A stretch of DNA of 64,000 nt, taken from positions 124,001-188,000 of the forward strand of contig NIVC01001655.1 of NCBI GenBank assembly GCA_002269645.1, written 5' to 3'. Below are positions 49,648 through 62,297 of this stretch, piece after piece. The position numbers were made by a program, and so were the translations under genes. The notes below the pieces were generated by a model. The model ran no database searches. It saw only the letters and a list, made by a program, of their open reading frames with translations, and was not told the origin of the DNA. Source of the DNA: Macrostomum lignano (Eukaryota). Numbering within the stretch: the first letter of the stretch is position 1; the number at the start of each line of letters is the position of its first letter.

Positions 49648-50239
49648 CCTTCTTTGACACTAACTACTCGTATTTATTCGGAAGATTACTTAATTAGTGC
49701 TGTTTTGCGTGAAATTAAAGATAAAAATGTGTTAAACAGTAAATATTTTTTCAGATTCATCCTTTTAGAAAACTCCTCAACATTTGATTGTGAATATTGC
49801 ATTACTGCCATGCGCTGGGATAGACACTGACAGACAGACACACTGACAAACAGATACTAATACAGGCACTAAGACGAACAGACTCTACGAGAGGCAGATA
49901 CTGAGAGACCAGACAGGCACACGGATCTGTGTTAAGACCCAGCTAGCCCTACTCAGCCCCCCTCCTTTTCGGCGCAGTAACCGAGCATCGGTATGCATCG
50001 CAGAGCACACAGCTCAGACAGCTAGAATTACAGACAATGGCTTCTAAATATAACTATGGCGTGTGGATTCAACCTGTAATATTTTTATTGTCCAATATAG
50101 TTTCCACAAAATTTAGCGCAGAGATGTGGTTAAGCTTCGTGGACCGGGCCTGGATAAAGACGCAAATGCAGCATTAAATAATTAACTAATATATCGAATA
50201 ATAATATTATAATAATGATTGATTACACCTGCCTCAATT

Positions 50240-50515
50240 GCGCCAGATGTGCAACCGACAGCTCAGCCGCAGCTATTGTGCGGCGCATCTGAAGGCTGCG
50301 TACGGCTGTTCAGTCCAAGGACTGCTGGGGATCGCCACACACACCCTCAATTACCCCAGCTAATGCTGGCACCCATTTTACAGCTGGGTGAACTGAAGCA
50401 ATGCAGAGTGAAGTGGTCTTGCTCAAGGACACAAATTGTTCCGACTGGGTCAAGAATCGAACCCCCGACCTTCAAGTCGTGAGTCCGACGCTCTGACCAC
50501 TTGGCTACAACTCCC
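50240..50515 (-). mobile_element. SINE family 1 copy
   Basis: Reverse-complement match to 5960-6230, including the A/B-box head. Confidence 0.85.
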
Positions 50516-50911
50516 TTTCAAACTGCATACCGAAAATCAAGCGAGTCGCGAGCCAATTATGAGTCAGTCATACCACAGACTGAGCAGACTTCGGGCTGGG
50601 GCTGGGCGTATGCGAAAATCTGCGTGCTGCACAGAAAAAAGGGAAAATAGGAAAAGACAGGAGAAGTTTGGTTTCCTTCTGTCCACTGCTGTGAAATCGA
50701 GTCAACCCAAATCCTGTCAAGTGCCGTCAGCTGTCGGGGCGGCTCCAGTCCCCCCGTCTCCCTCCCCTCTCCTCTAACTGATTCCTTTCACCCCCGAGTG
50801 CTGTACCCACCTATAGCTTTGTATGAGCGCTGAGACTCCTGCCCGCTATTAAAGCTCTTCTCCTAAGAGGAAATCTCTGCTGTACAGCGATCAGCGTTAG
50901 CAACTACTTCG

Positions 50912-53216
50912 ATGCGTTGCTCCGATATCTTGTTGCCAGGCAATGGCAAGCGTCTCTGTCTGCTTGCTTTGCACTACAGCTGCTTGGTCGCCGGGGCCGC
51001 CTGCTCCATAGCGGCTGCCACTGGACGCCAGGCCTGGCAGCGGTTGAGCTGCTCAGCAGGCGGCGGCAGCCTGACAGCCTCCGGCGGCCCGCGGGGCCTC
51101 GACTTTGCTCTGGTTGGCCCGGCATCGTCAGGGACAAGCGGCTTCAATGCCAGCAGCGCTTTTGGATTGGCCTTTGGACCCGTGCTGGCCCAACTGACTG
51201 CAGGTGAATGAATGCGTGCTAATTGCGTCATGGTGTCTTCTGGGTAGGCCACGGCTGGCAAACTGTGAGCACTTTTGTGATATTGTGCAGCTGTGTCTAA
51301 CATGTGACCACCTGCAGTCTCTAACATGTGACCACCTGCAGTGTCTAACATGTGACCACCTGCAGTGTCTAACATGTGACCACCTGCAGTGTCTAACATG
51401 TGACCACCTGCAGTGTCTAACATGTGAGCAGCCATGTCTAACATGTGAGCACCATTGTCTAACATGTGAGCACCTGCAGTGTCTAACATGTGAGCACCTG
51501 CAGTGTCTAACATGTGACCACCTGCAGTGTCTAACATGTGAGCACCCGTGTCTAACATGTAAGAACAAGTGTCCAACATGCGACCACCTGCAGTGTCTAA
51601 CATGTGAGCAGCCATGTCTAACATGTTAAAAACCGTGTCTAACATGTAAGAAAAAGTGTCTAACATGCGACCACCTGCAGTGTCTAACATGTGAGCAGCC
51701 ATGTCTAACATGTTAAAAACCGTGTCTAACATGTAAGAAAAAGTGTCTAACATGCGACCACCTGCAGTGTCTAACATGTGACCACCTGCAGTGTCTAACA
51801 TATGACCACCTGCAGTGTCTAAAATGTGAGCAGCCATGTCTAACATGTTAAAAACCGTGTCTAACATGTAAGAACAAGTGTCTAACATGCGACCACCTGC
51901 AGTGTCTAACATGTGAGCAGCCATGTCTAACATGTTAAAAACCGTGTCTAACATGTAAGAACAAGTGTCTAACATGTTAGCACCAGTGTTTAACATGTGA
52001 GCACCTGCAGTGTCTAACATGTGAGCAGCTAGCCATGTCTAACATGTGAACACCATTGTCTAAATTGTGTGAGAAGCCGTCAATCAATCACATACATGTA
52101 CCTAGACATCGACAAACCCATTTAAAATCCTAAATTTTTCAGCTATTGTGCAGTAAATGAACTTACTATCACATAAATACATACATGTACAAATAACTTG
52201 CTCAGACTCCCGAGCTTGGAGCAGCATTTCCTGGCTCCTAGCCGGTGCCAGCGTCTCAACCGTAGCCACTCTGATGGCCCTGATGCTCAAGAAATTCTGC
52301 GGCCGAGCAAGGGCGCTTGCTATGACCGGCGTGGTGGCCCTGCTAGTTGGAATCAGCAGTAAGTGCTGGGAGCAATTGCTAGTCAGTGTGAAGATCAGAA
52401 AGTTTCCTTTCGAAAAACCCGACCACTTCTCCACCCTCAGCCGGAACTCTCACAGCCGCCATCATTGTCTACTCGGCTGCCGCGGCTCGCCTTCGAGCCG
52501 TGTTCGACACTGTGACCGCCGCTGCCACCGCTGCGCCCCACTCTGCAGGCGTCTCCGTCAGCTTCAACGACGCAACAGCGGCAGACGGATCCGCGACCGG
52601 CTTCGCTCTGACTGTGGCGGCTGACCTGGCCTGCTTTGCTGATCTTCTGCTTCTAGGAGTTAAGCGACTGGCTTTCGCCAGAAACAGGGAGGCCACATCT
52701 TACAACGTGGAGGCGGCGGCAACGGCAGCAGCAGCAGCGACATCGGCCGGGACAGCGGAGGCGACCAACGCCGCGGTGACACCAAGGCGAGCCGCGCCAT
52801 CACCGCCGCCGTCACCTCCGCCGAGGGCGCATCGGCTTAAGTCGCTTGCAACCGACGATAGTGATGTACAGTCGACATCTACTGGCACCGGAGCGGCCAA
52901 CTCCGAGCAGATGCGCTCCCGGCTGGAGCGTCGGCAAGAGGCTGAGAGACGAGCGGCAAGTGCGGCAGTTTCTGGCAACAGCACAGCTCGGGGATTCAGC
53001 GGAGCTCGCAAGGTGCGGACAACCTGGCTATGGCGCCGACAACGCCAACTGGGAGCTCCTCAGTTGTTGACGGCGCCGACGGTGGGACAACAGCGGACGA
53101 TGATGAGCCAATTGTGCAGGTGGACGTCCTCTGACTCGCAATCCTTAGAGATGGGGTGGAGCGCCAGCCACATGTACTTACTGTGTACAGTACTAACCAA
53201 GGTCAATTATGCTTAA
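50912..53216 (+). CDS. Four-TM claudin/clarin/PMP22-superfamily-like membrane protein with low-complexity C-terminal tail, about 406 aa
   Basis: Exons 50912-51203, 52206-52358, 52441-53216 (both introns phase 1, GTGAAT..CAG and GTAAGT..CAG; 1221 nt). Four hydrophobic segments: LCLLALHYSCLVAGAACSIAAA, ISWLLAGASVSTVATLMALML, LAMTGVVALLVGISTGTLTAAIIVY, GFALTVAADLACFADLLLLGV. Confidence 0.62.
51292..52055. repeat. 24/21-bp minisatellite (GTGTCTAACATGTGACCACCTGCA) in intron 1 of the tetraspan gene
   Basis: Read directly; source of the (MLDTAGGH)n and (CLTCDHLQ)n ORFs. Confidence 0.92.
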
Positions 53217-53270
53217 CTCGCTTGCTTCTTTTTGTGCTTCAAGGACCAGGGAGAAAATAAGAGAGACATG

Positions 53271-53596
53271 AGGGGCCGTAGCCCAGTGGTCCAGCGCGGC
53301 GGTCTGATGTGCCAGCGGCCCAGGCTCGATTCCAAGTGCAGTCAAAGTTTGGGGCTGAAATGGAATCTCAGCTCGGCTCGTGCAATTAACACCCTTGAGT
53401 GCCAACCCCCAAGGCACAGTGAAGTGTACATGCCTAACGATAAACAAAGTCAGGGCTGCTGTGCACTCCTGTATGAGTGTGTGCCTGTGCGTATGACTGC
53501 GTACGCATCCGCGCGCTTGTGTGCCTGCTCAGGGGAGTCGGCGGAATGGGCAGCAATGCCTCTCGCCGGTTGTGCGACAAAGTCGCTTAAAGTGAC
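53271..53596 (+). mobile_element. tRNA-derived SINE, family 2 (full length)
   Basis: A box TAGCCCAGTGG, B-box-like GGCTCGATTCC; body shared with 28323-28532 and 56597-56777. Confidence 0.8.
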
Positions 53597-54189
53597 TTTA
53601 TTTAAAAAAAGAGCTATGCCCAATTGCTATCTGATATTGTAAAGTTTCACAAAAGTTTGCCGACTCCCTTGTCTGCACAAAATCTATTTTAAACAATTAA
53701 ATAATGCAACAGTACACAATATGAATACAATTAAGTTTTGAGTTCAGGATTATATAAAAAATTGAATTAAATTATTCTATTGCTAAAACATTTACTCAAT
53801 GAGCATTGATGCTTAAAATTTCTAAATTTAAATTAGCGACTCAGAAATCCAGAAGATACATGAAAAGTACTTAAGTAGTTGGAGGCTTATAAAAAGGATA
53901 CAAATTTACCTTTGTTGTTAAGTTTTCTTTAATAAAACATGTATCGCATGAGACTGTTAGCAGAAATTACGTATTACCTACACCAAAGCCGCTTCATAAT
54001 TTCATTGGCATGCGAGCAAAAGCGGAACTGAAAGGCAGATCCAAGCTTTTACGAGCTGATTCTTTCACTGGTTAATAAACTATATAATTAACGTAACGAA
54101 GTTGAAAACAATTGATTAATGAAAATACGAAACAGCTTGAGGAAAATCCAAAAGACAGTAATCAATGGACATCAAAGAAGATACACATC

Positions 54190-54870
54190 AGGGGAACCAC
54201 AGGAGATTTTTATCAAAAGGATTTTCAAGAGATTTACTTTGAGGAAAATCCCAGGTTTCTCATCAAGGGAAATTCAAAATTCTCATCGAGGGAAAGCCCA
54301 GATTTTCATCGAGGGAAATCTCTGATTCTTATTGAGGGAAATCCTGGATTTTCATTGAGGAAATCCCAGAGTTTCATCAGGGGAAATTTCTGATTTTCAT
54401 CACGGGAAATTTCAGATTCTAACCGAGGGAAATCCCAGATTCTCCTTGAGAAAAATCCCAGATTCTAACCAAGGGAAATCCCATATTCTCATAGAGGGAA
54501 ATCTCAGATTTTCATTAAGGGAATCCCGGAGTTTCATCGAGGGAAATGATTGACTTTCATCAAGGGAAATCCTAGATTCTAACCGAAGGAAATCCCAGAT
54601 TCTAACAGGAGGGAAATCCCAGATTCTAACAGGAGGGAAATCCCAGATTCTAACAGAGGGTAATTCCAGATTCCAACCAAGAAAAATCCCATATTCTCAT
54701 AGAGGGAAATCCCACATTCTCATTGAGGGAATTCCCTGATTTTCATCGAGGGTAATCCCAGAGTTTCATCGAGGGAAATTCCTGACTTTCATCGAGGGAA
54801 AGCCCTGATTCTCATTGAGGGAAATCCTAGATTTTATCGAGGGAAATCCCTGTTTCTAATCGAGGGAAAT
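54190..54870. repeat. Degenerate about 23-bp minisatellite with GAGGGAAATCCCAGATT core
   Basis: GAGGGAA recurs at 22-23-bp spacing. Confidence 0.85.
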
Positions 54871-55043
54871 ACCAGCAGACACTTGTTTTCAAGCGACTAT
54901 CAATCAGTCAAAGACGACAGTAAAAATGAAATGAAAGCCTGTAGTAACCTGGCAAACAGTTTAAGGTAAAATTCTGATATAAAAATCGATTATTAGTACA
55001 AGTTGTCACCACAACAAAACCGGAATCGTCAATGGCATGAATA

Positions 55044-58000
55044 TCAAGGCAAGCTGAACGCTACAATCCGCTTATTAGCGGCATCGGCCACCACCAGCAG
55101 CCGCCTCTTGTTCACTCGACCTTCATTGTCCTCCGCCGCCTCGTTGCCAGGGTTGAATTCGCAGACGGCCAGCGCCAACGGCGCTTTGAAATTGTCGGCC
55201 CCGCCGCCACCGGCCAGGCTGTGAAGCCGCCGGCCGTCGCTGGTCAACGCTTGGACGGTGGCCGACTGCGGACTGCAGGTGAACACGATTCCGCGGCTGT
55301 CAGCTGCCACCGAGGTAGGCCGGTGTTGCTCGTCCGCAGCCGGCTTCAGCCTGCGGCGTTTTGAGGGGGTTTGGCTTAGGGGACACAAAATTACTTAGGT
55401 GATTTATAGTAGCATGGAGATAATTAGCTACTCGGGGATTCAGTAGCATATGGGGATAATTAGCTACTCAGGGATCCAGTAGCATATGGGGATAATTAGC
55501 TACTCAGGGATTAGTAGCATATGGGGATAATTAGCTACTCGGGGATTCAGTAGCATATGGGGATAAGTAGCTACTCGGGATTCACTAGCATATGGGATAA
55601 TTAGCTACTCGGGGATTCAGTAGCATATGGGGATAATTAGCTACTCGGGGATTCACTAGCATATGGGGATAATTAGCTACTCGGAGATTCACTAGCATAT
55701 GGGGATAATTAGCTACTCGGAGATTCACTAGCATATGGGGATAATTAGCCACCCAGGATGCAATAATTTCGCACCTGTCCAATCGCATCCTGGACATCAG
55801 GCACCAGACATCGCAGCCGCCGCTAACAGAGTCGGTGACAATGGCGCAGTGGCTGCCAAGCGCCGACACAGACTCAGCGGATTTCAGCCGCATTTCCGGC
55901 ATAGCAACCTGACAGTGCAGAGTGCCAACCACCTCGGCTTCCTTAGCAACAGCGAGCAGTTGGCAGTCGGGCTCGCACCTGTAGATCAGCAGTTTGTCTT
56001 GCGTGCCGCTCAGGCTGGCGATGCGGCCAAGCGGCTGACCGACATTGTCTTCAGTCACCCGGGCGAGCGACTGACCGTCCAGGCCCACTACGAGGACGCA
56101 GCTAGTTGTCATGGCAACGAACAGACGCTGCCGACCGGGCGGACAGCGCAGAGGACAATCGCAGTGCAGACCAACGATGCGGTCGGCGTCGCCAAGCCCG
56201 GCGGCCAATTGAATCGCGGCCGGCTGGGCCTGCTTGGAGTCCAGCAGAGACACCAGGCAGAGCCGGCGGCCTGGGACTTGATTGTCGACGTCATTGTCGC
56301 CGGCGGCGGCGTCGTTGTTGGCGAGAGCAACAACGGCGCAGGGTGAGCCGAACTGACTGACGGCGGCGCCCAGCCGACCGTTGGCAGCGGTTGCCAAGGT
56401 AACCACAGGTTTCGCTGCCGTCGGCGACGTCAAGGCGACGTAGCCGGCGGCGTTCCGGCAGGCGGCGAGGGCGACTGGACGGCCGTCGAAATTGGAGTGG
56501 CTGGCCAAACGCGTCCAGGCTGGGCTGGCGTCTGGGAGTGGAGGGTGCAACGGTTTGATAATGCGCTAAGCTCATAATGCTCTGACCTTTTCAAAAGTGC
56601 CAGCGGCCCAGGCTCGATTCCAAGTGGATTGACATTAATTTTCGGGACTGAATTGAAATCTCGGCTTGGCTCTGCTCGTGCAATTAACGGCCTTGAGAGC
56701 CAACCCCCCAAGGCGCAGTGAAGTGTACATGCCTAACGATAAAATAAAGTTAGGGCCGCTGTACACTCCTGTGTGACATGTCTATTATACATGTACATAT
56801 AATAGATTAGGTGTTGTTTTCTGCCCCTTATTTATAATACACTCAGCAACAGTCAAAACCTCTATCCTTACCGAGAGAGGCGATTTTCTCTCTCACCTCA
56901 ACATGCTCGATTGGGGTTCATGCGAAGTCGTCTCTCTCAGTAGGGTAGCCACCAAGAAGTTCTTCATCTTCCGCTTTTTAGTGCACTGATCCGCTCCTAT
57001 CAGCTTCTTATCTACAACTCACCAGTCTCTTTAAAGATCTTCCTCAACTCTTCTTCAACCAAGAGCTCCAGGCCTAGCGCCCGAGGTCCCAGGTTGACCT
57101 GGACCCCGGCTCCGGGCTCCGCAGCCTGCACCGCGGCCGCCTTCAATGGCGCCAGCTGGCCAGAGAGCCGCATCGCATGGGAGACATCGTGAGTCTGCTG
57201 AGCCTGCTGGATTTGTCTGCCGAGCTTCTCGGCGCGCTCGCAGTACGACATGCCGTCATTGACGACTGCGAGCTCGGCCTCCACCTGAGAGGGGAAGGGA
57301 ATTTGAGGGGAATCAACCTAATGAACTGATCATTAAAATCCCATCCAGCCCGTTGAAATCGTTACCGGGACAAAAATCGGTTGAAATCGTTGTCCTCCCC
57401 TCCCATCCCACCTTGTGACTTGTGGTAATCAATAATTTTCTTCTGGGCGCCAAAATGAGTGCCTGCGGCGCCCAAAATGAGTACCCGCGGCGCTAAAATG
57501 AGTGCCTGTGGCGCTAAATGAGTGCCTGTGGCGCTAAAATGAGTGCCTGCGGCGCTAAATGAGTGCCTGCGGCACCAAAATGAGTGCCTGCGGCGCCCAA
57601 AATGAGTACCCGCGGCGCTAAAATGAGTGCCTGCGGCGCTAAATGAGTGCCTACGGCGCCAAAATGAGTGCCTGCGGCGCTAAAATGGGTACCTGCGGCG
57701 CCAAAATGAGTGCCTGCGGCGCCAAAAAGAGCGCTGACAACACGATTCTCAATTCATGGCGACGCCCCAGGGCTCAAACGACTGTTGAGTCACGAGTGCA
57801 TCATCTGAGTTGCACAATCGTAACTTTCTACTAACTCAATTGTAGACTAAAAAAAGTTGCTATTAATGCGAATTGCAGTTTTAATAATTCGTTAAAATGG
57901 CCCGAGTCACACACATAAAAACGCCTCAAATTGACTCTTTTTAGTGACTTGTTTCTTTGACATCTCGTCCTTTTAGAGTCAGTTCTAAGCGTCACTTCTT

Positions 58001-58395
58001 TTCTATTTTACCTGCGTTATCTCTAACGACTCTGCCAGTGACTCTGGGCCTAGGTACCGTTTGCATCGGGTAGATTATTCAATGATCCCAAGAAACCAGA
58101 TCTCACCGACCTGTCCAATTAGGCGCCGCTTCCCAGCCTCCAAAGCGTCCATAGCGGAGTCAAAGGCGGTCTCCAGCTCCTGCCGCTCACAGTAAAGCCG
58201 CTGCTGCAGAGCTCGCTGTTTAGCCAGCAATTGTTGCAGCTCCTCAAGATTGGGCTTCACCTGTTCCACTCGCATACTGCCAACCTTTTCCTGCTCCATA
58301 TTGTAGTGAGTTTGGCACACCGGGTGGCCGGAGAAGGGGCCCGGGCCCACCGAGGGCCCTTTGCAGCGGCGGACGAAACAGGTGGCTGTGGACAT
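55044..58395 (-). CDS. TRIM-NHL-like protein without RING (Cys/His cluster, coiled coil, NHL-type propeller), about 544 aa
   Basis: Exons 58395-58111, 57284-57023, 56531-55775, 55374-55044 (1635 nt, phases 0/1/2). NHL-like motifs RPTSVAADSRGIVF, FKAPLALAV, LLVVADAANKRIVAF. The exon 1 donor needed for frame (GTCGGT) is weak; an upstream exon cannot be excluded. Confidence 0.68.
55410..55750. repeat. 36-bp minisatellite (TAGCATATGGGGATAATTAGCTACTCGGGGATTCAC) in intron 3 of the TRIM-NHL-like gene
   Basis: About 9 units read directly. Confidence 0.92.
56597..56777 (+). mobile_element. SINE family 2 partial copy, intronic
   Basis: GTGCCAGCGGCCCAGGCTCGATTCCAAGTG...GAAGTGTACATGCCTAACGATAAA shared with the 53271 copy. 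Confidence 0.8.
57450..57733. repeat. 21-bp CpG-rich minisatellite (AAAATGAGTGCCTGCGGCGCT) in intron 1 of the TRIM-NHL-like gene
   Basis: About 13 units read directly. Confidence 0.92.
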
Positions 58396-58456
58396 GCCTT
58401 GCTGAGCTTTAACGGTGTGACAGAAGGAGATCGGTTAACAAGTCAACTTTGATCCT

Positions 58457-60083
58457 ATGATTTTCATTTATCCCACGATTCCAAACTTATACCATGATTC
58501 TAATTTATCCCATTCGATTATAATTCATCCCATGATTCTAATTTATTCCATGATTCTAATTTATCCCATAATTCTAATTCATCCCATGATTTATCACATG
58601 ATTCTAATTCATCCCATGATTCTAATTTATCCCATGATTTATCCCATGATTCTAATTCATCCCATGGTTCTAATTTATCCCGTGATTCTAATTTATCCTA
58701 TGATTCTAATTTATCCTATGATTCTAATTTATCCCATGATTCTAATTTATCCCATGATTCTAATTTATCCTATGATTCTAATTTATCCTATGATTCTAAT
58801 TTATCCTATGATTTCAATTTATCCCACGATTCCAAATTTATCCCATGATTCTAATTTATCCCTGATTCTAATTTATTCCATGATTCTAATTCATCCCATG
58901 GTTCTAATTCATCCCATGGTTCTAATTTATCCCATGGTTCTAATTTATCCCATGATTCTAATTTATTCCATGATTCTAATTCATCCCATGATTCTAATTC
59001 ATCCCATGGTTCTAATTTATCCCATGGTTCTAATTTATCCCATGGTTCTAATTTATCCTATGATTCTAATTTATCCAATGATTCTATTTCATCCCATGGT
59101 TCTAATTTATCCCGTGATTCTAATTCATCCCATGATTCTAATTCATCACACGATTCTAATTTATCCCATGGTTCTAATTTATCCCACGATCCAATTTATC
59201 CTATGATTTTAATTTGTCTCATTGTTCTAACTTATCCCATGGTTCTAATTTATCCCATGATTCTAATCTCTCCCATGGTTCTAATTTATCCCATGGTTCT
59301 AATTTATCCCATGATTCTAATTTATCCCATGATTCTAATTTATCCCATGGTTCTAATTTATCCTATGATTCTAATTTATCCTATGATTCTAATTTATCCC
59401 ATGATTCTAATTTATCCCATGATTCTAATTTATCCTATGATTCTAATTTATCCTATGATTCTAATTTATCCTATGATTTCAATTTATCCCACGATTCCAA
59501 ATTTATCCCATGATTCTAATTTATCCCTGATTCTAATTTATTCCATGATTCTAATTCATCCCATGGTTCTAATTCATCCCATGGTTCTAATTTATCCCAT
59601 GGTTCTAATTTATCCCATGATTCTAATTTATTCCATGATTCTAATTTATCCAATGATTCTATTTCATCCCATGGTTCTAATTTATCCCGTGATTCTAATT
59701 CATCCCATGATTCTAATTCATCACACGATTCTAATTTATCCCATGGTTCTAATTTATCCCACGATCCAATTTATCCTATGATTTTAATTTGTCTCATTGT
59801 TCTAACTTATCCCATGGTTCTAATTTATCCCATGATTCTAATCTCTCCCATGGTTCTAATTTATCCCATGGTTCTAATTTATCCCATGATTCTAATTTAT
59901 CCCATGATTCTAATTTATCCCATGGTTCTAATTTATCCTATGATTCTAATTTATCCAATGATTCTAATTTATCCCACGATCCAATTTATCCTATGATTTT
60001 AATTTGTCTCATTGTTCTAACTTATCCCATGGTTCTAATTTATCCCATGATTCTAATTCATCCCATGGTTCTAACTTATCCCA
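58457..60083. repeat. 18-bp minisatellite (ATGATTCTAATTTATCCC), about 1.6 kb
   Basis: Read directly; source of the (MILIYP)n ORFs. Confidence 0.95.
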
Positions 60084-60606
60084 AGCTGCTACAACGAAGA
60101 CTTCAATAGATTATATAAAATAAAAATTCTAATTCATACAAGATTTATCGAATACAAACAAAATTAGCTGATAAATACCAACAGACTTTTATCAAGTATT
60201 CAGCTGATTAAGTTTTTTTAATAAACGAAGTTATCAAACAGAAATATAAAGTCGATTAAAAATAGGTGAATATTCAAGGCAATTAAAAGCACAATGGAAA
60301 TAGTCAAGTATAACTATAATTGCAGGTGCAGAAGCATTACATTTTTAGGGCTAATTCCATGTTACATGGAAAAGTGGACAAGTATTACTTATAAACTTAA
60401 TTAATATAAATAAGACTTTTGGCAACTGAAAACTAAATACAAAATATTTAAACTGAAATTGCACCTTGGTAAAAAAGTTGGCAAAAATGAGCTGCTTAAA
60501 GAAGTTAAACAAATGCTAGAATGAACACACGGTTCAGTGTTTGTATTTCCAAAGTTATAAAATGCCAATCATAATAAATTAAGCTTGCACTTCCAGTTTA
60601 GTAGAA

Positions 60607-62297
60607 CTCCTGAAGGGCCGGAAGAATCGGAGGAAATGGAAAACAGAGTTACGCCTGAAGGGCCTGAAAAATCGGAGGAAAACAGAGCTACTCCTGAAGG
60701 GGCTGAAGAATCGGAGGAAATGAAAAACAGAGCTACTCCTGAAGGGCCTGAAGAATCGGAGGAAATGGAAAACAGAGCTACTCCTGAAGGGCCTGAAGAA
60801 TCGGAGGAAATGGAAAACAGAGCTACTCCTGAAGAGGCTGAAGAATCGGAGGAAATGAAAAACAGAGCTACTCCTGAAAGGCCTGAAGAATGGGTGGAAA
60901 TGGAAAACAGAGCTACACCTGAAGGGCCTGAAGAATCGGAGGAAATGGAAAACAGAGCTACTCCTGAAGGGCCTGAAGAATCGGAGGAAATGGAAAACAG
61001 AGCTACTCCTGAAGGGCCTGAAGAATCAGAGGAAATGAAAAACAGAGCTACACCTGAAGGGCCTGAAGAATCGGAGGAAATGAAAAACAGAGCTACTCCT
61101 GAAGGGCCTGAAGAATCGGAGGAAATGGAAAACAGAGCTACTCCTGAAGGGCCTGAAGAATCGGAGGAAATGGAAAACAGAGCTACTCCTGAAGAGGCTG
61201 AAGAATCGGAGGAAATGAAAAACAGAGCTACTCCTGAAGAGGCTGAAGAATCGGAGGAAATGAAAAACAGAGCTACTCCTGAAGGGCCTGAAGAATCGGA
61301 GGAAATGGAAAACAGAGCTACTCCTGAAGAGGCTGAAGAATCGGAGGAAATGGAAAACAGAGCTACTCCTGAAAGGCCTGAAGAATGGGTGGAAATGGAA
61401 AACAGAGCTACTCCTGAAGGGCCTGAAGAATCGGAGGAAATGGAAAACAGAGCTACACCTGAAGGGCCTGAAGAATCGGAGGAAATGGAAAACAGAGCTA
61501 CTCCTGAAGGGCCTGAAGAATCGGAGGAAATGGAAAACAGAGCTACTCCTGAAGGGCCTGAAGAATCAGAGGAAATGGAAAACAGAGCTACACCTGAAGG
61601 GCCTGAAGAATCGGAGGAAATGGAAAACAGAGCTACTCCTGAAGGGCCTGAAGAATCAGAGGAAATGGAAAACAGAGCTACACCTGAAGGGCCTGAAGAA
61701 TCGGAGGAAATGGAAAACAGAGCTACTCCTGAAGGGCCTGAAGAATCAGAGGAAATGGAAAACAGAGCTACACCTGAAGGGCCTGAAGAATCGGAGGAAA
61801 TGGAAAACAGAGCTACTCCTGAAGGGCCTGAAGAATCAGAGGAAATGGAAAACAGAGCTACATCTGAAGGGCCTGAAGAATCGGAGGAAATGGAAAACAG
61901 AGCTACACCTGAAGGGCCTGAAGAATCGGAGGAAATGGAAAACAGAGCTACTCCTGAAGGGCCTGAAGAATCAGAGGAAATGGAAAACAGAGCTACACCT
62001 GAAGGGCCTGAAGAATCGGAGGAAATGGAAAACAGAGCTACTCCTGAAGGGCCTGAAGAATCAGAGGAAATGGAAAACAGAGCTACACCTGAAGGGCCTG
62101 AAGAATCGGAGGAAATGGAAAACAGAGCTACTCCTGAAGGGCCTGAAGAATCAGAGGAAATGGAAAACAGAGCTACACCTGAAGGGCCTGAAGAATCGGA
62201 GGAAATGGAAAACAGAGCTACTCCTGAAGGGCCTGAAGAATCGGAGGAAATGGAAAACAGAGCTACTCCTGAAGGGCCTGAAGAATCAGAGGAATCG
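60607..62297 (+). repeat. 45-bp tandem repeat, about 37 units, open frame (PEGPEESEEMENRAT)n
   Basis: Unit CCTGAAGGGCCTGAAGAATCGGAGGAAATGGAAAACAGAGCTACT; ORF 60585-62342. Confidence 0.95.

Noticed and set aside
51204-51629. (CLTCDHLQ)n ORF resembling multiheme CxxCH or zinc-finger repeats
   Set aside because: It lies in a GT-AG intron of the tetraspan gene and is the translation of a 24-bp minisatellite that is open in several frames.
58457-60109. (MILIYP)n and (HDSNLS)n ORFs
   Set aside because: 18-bp repeat artefacts broken by frameshifts.
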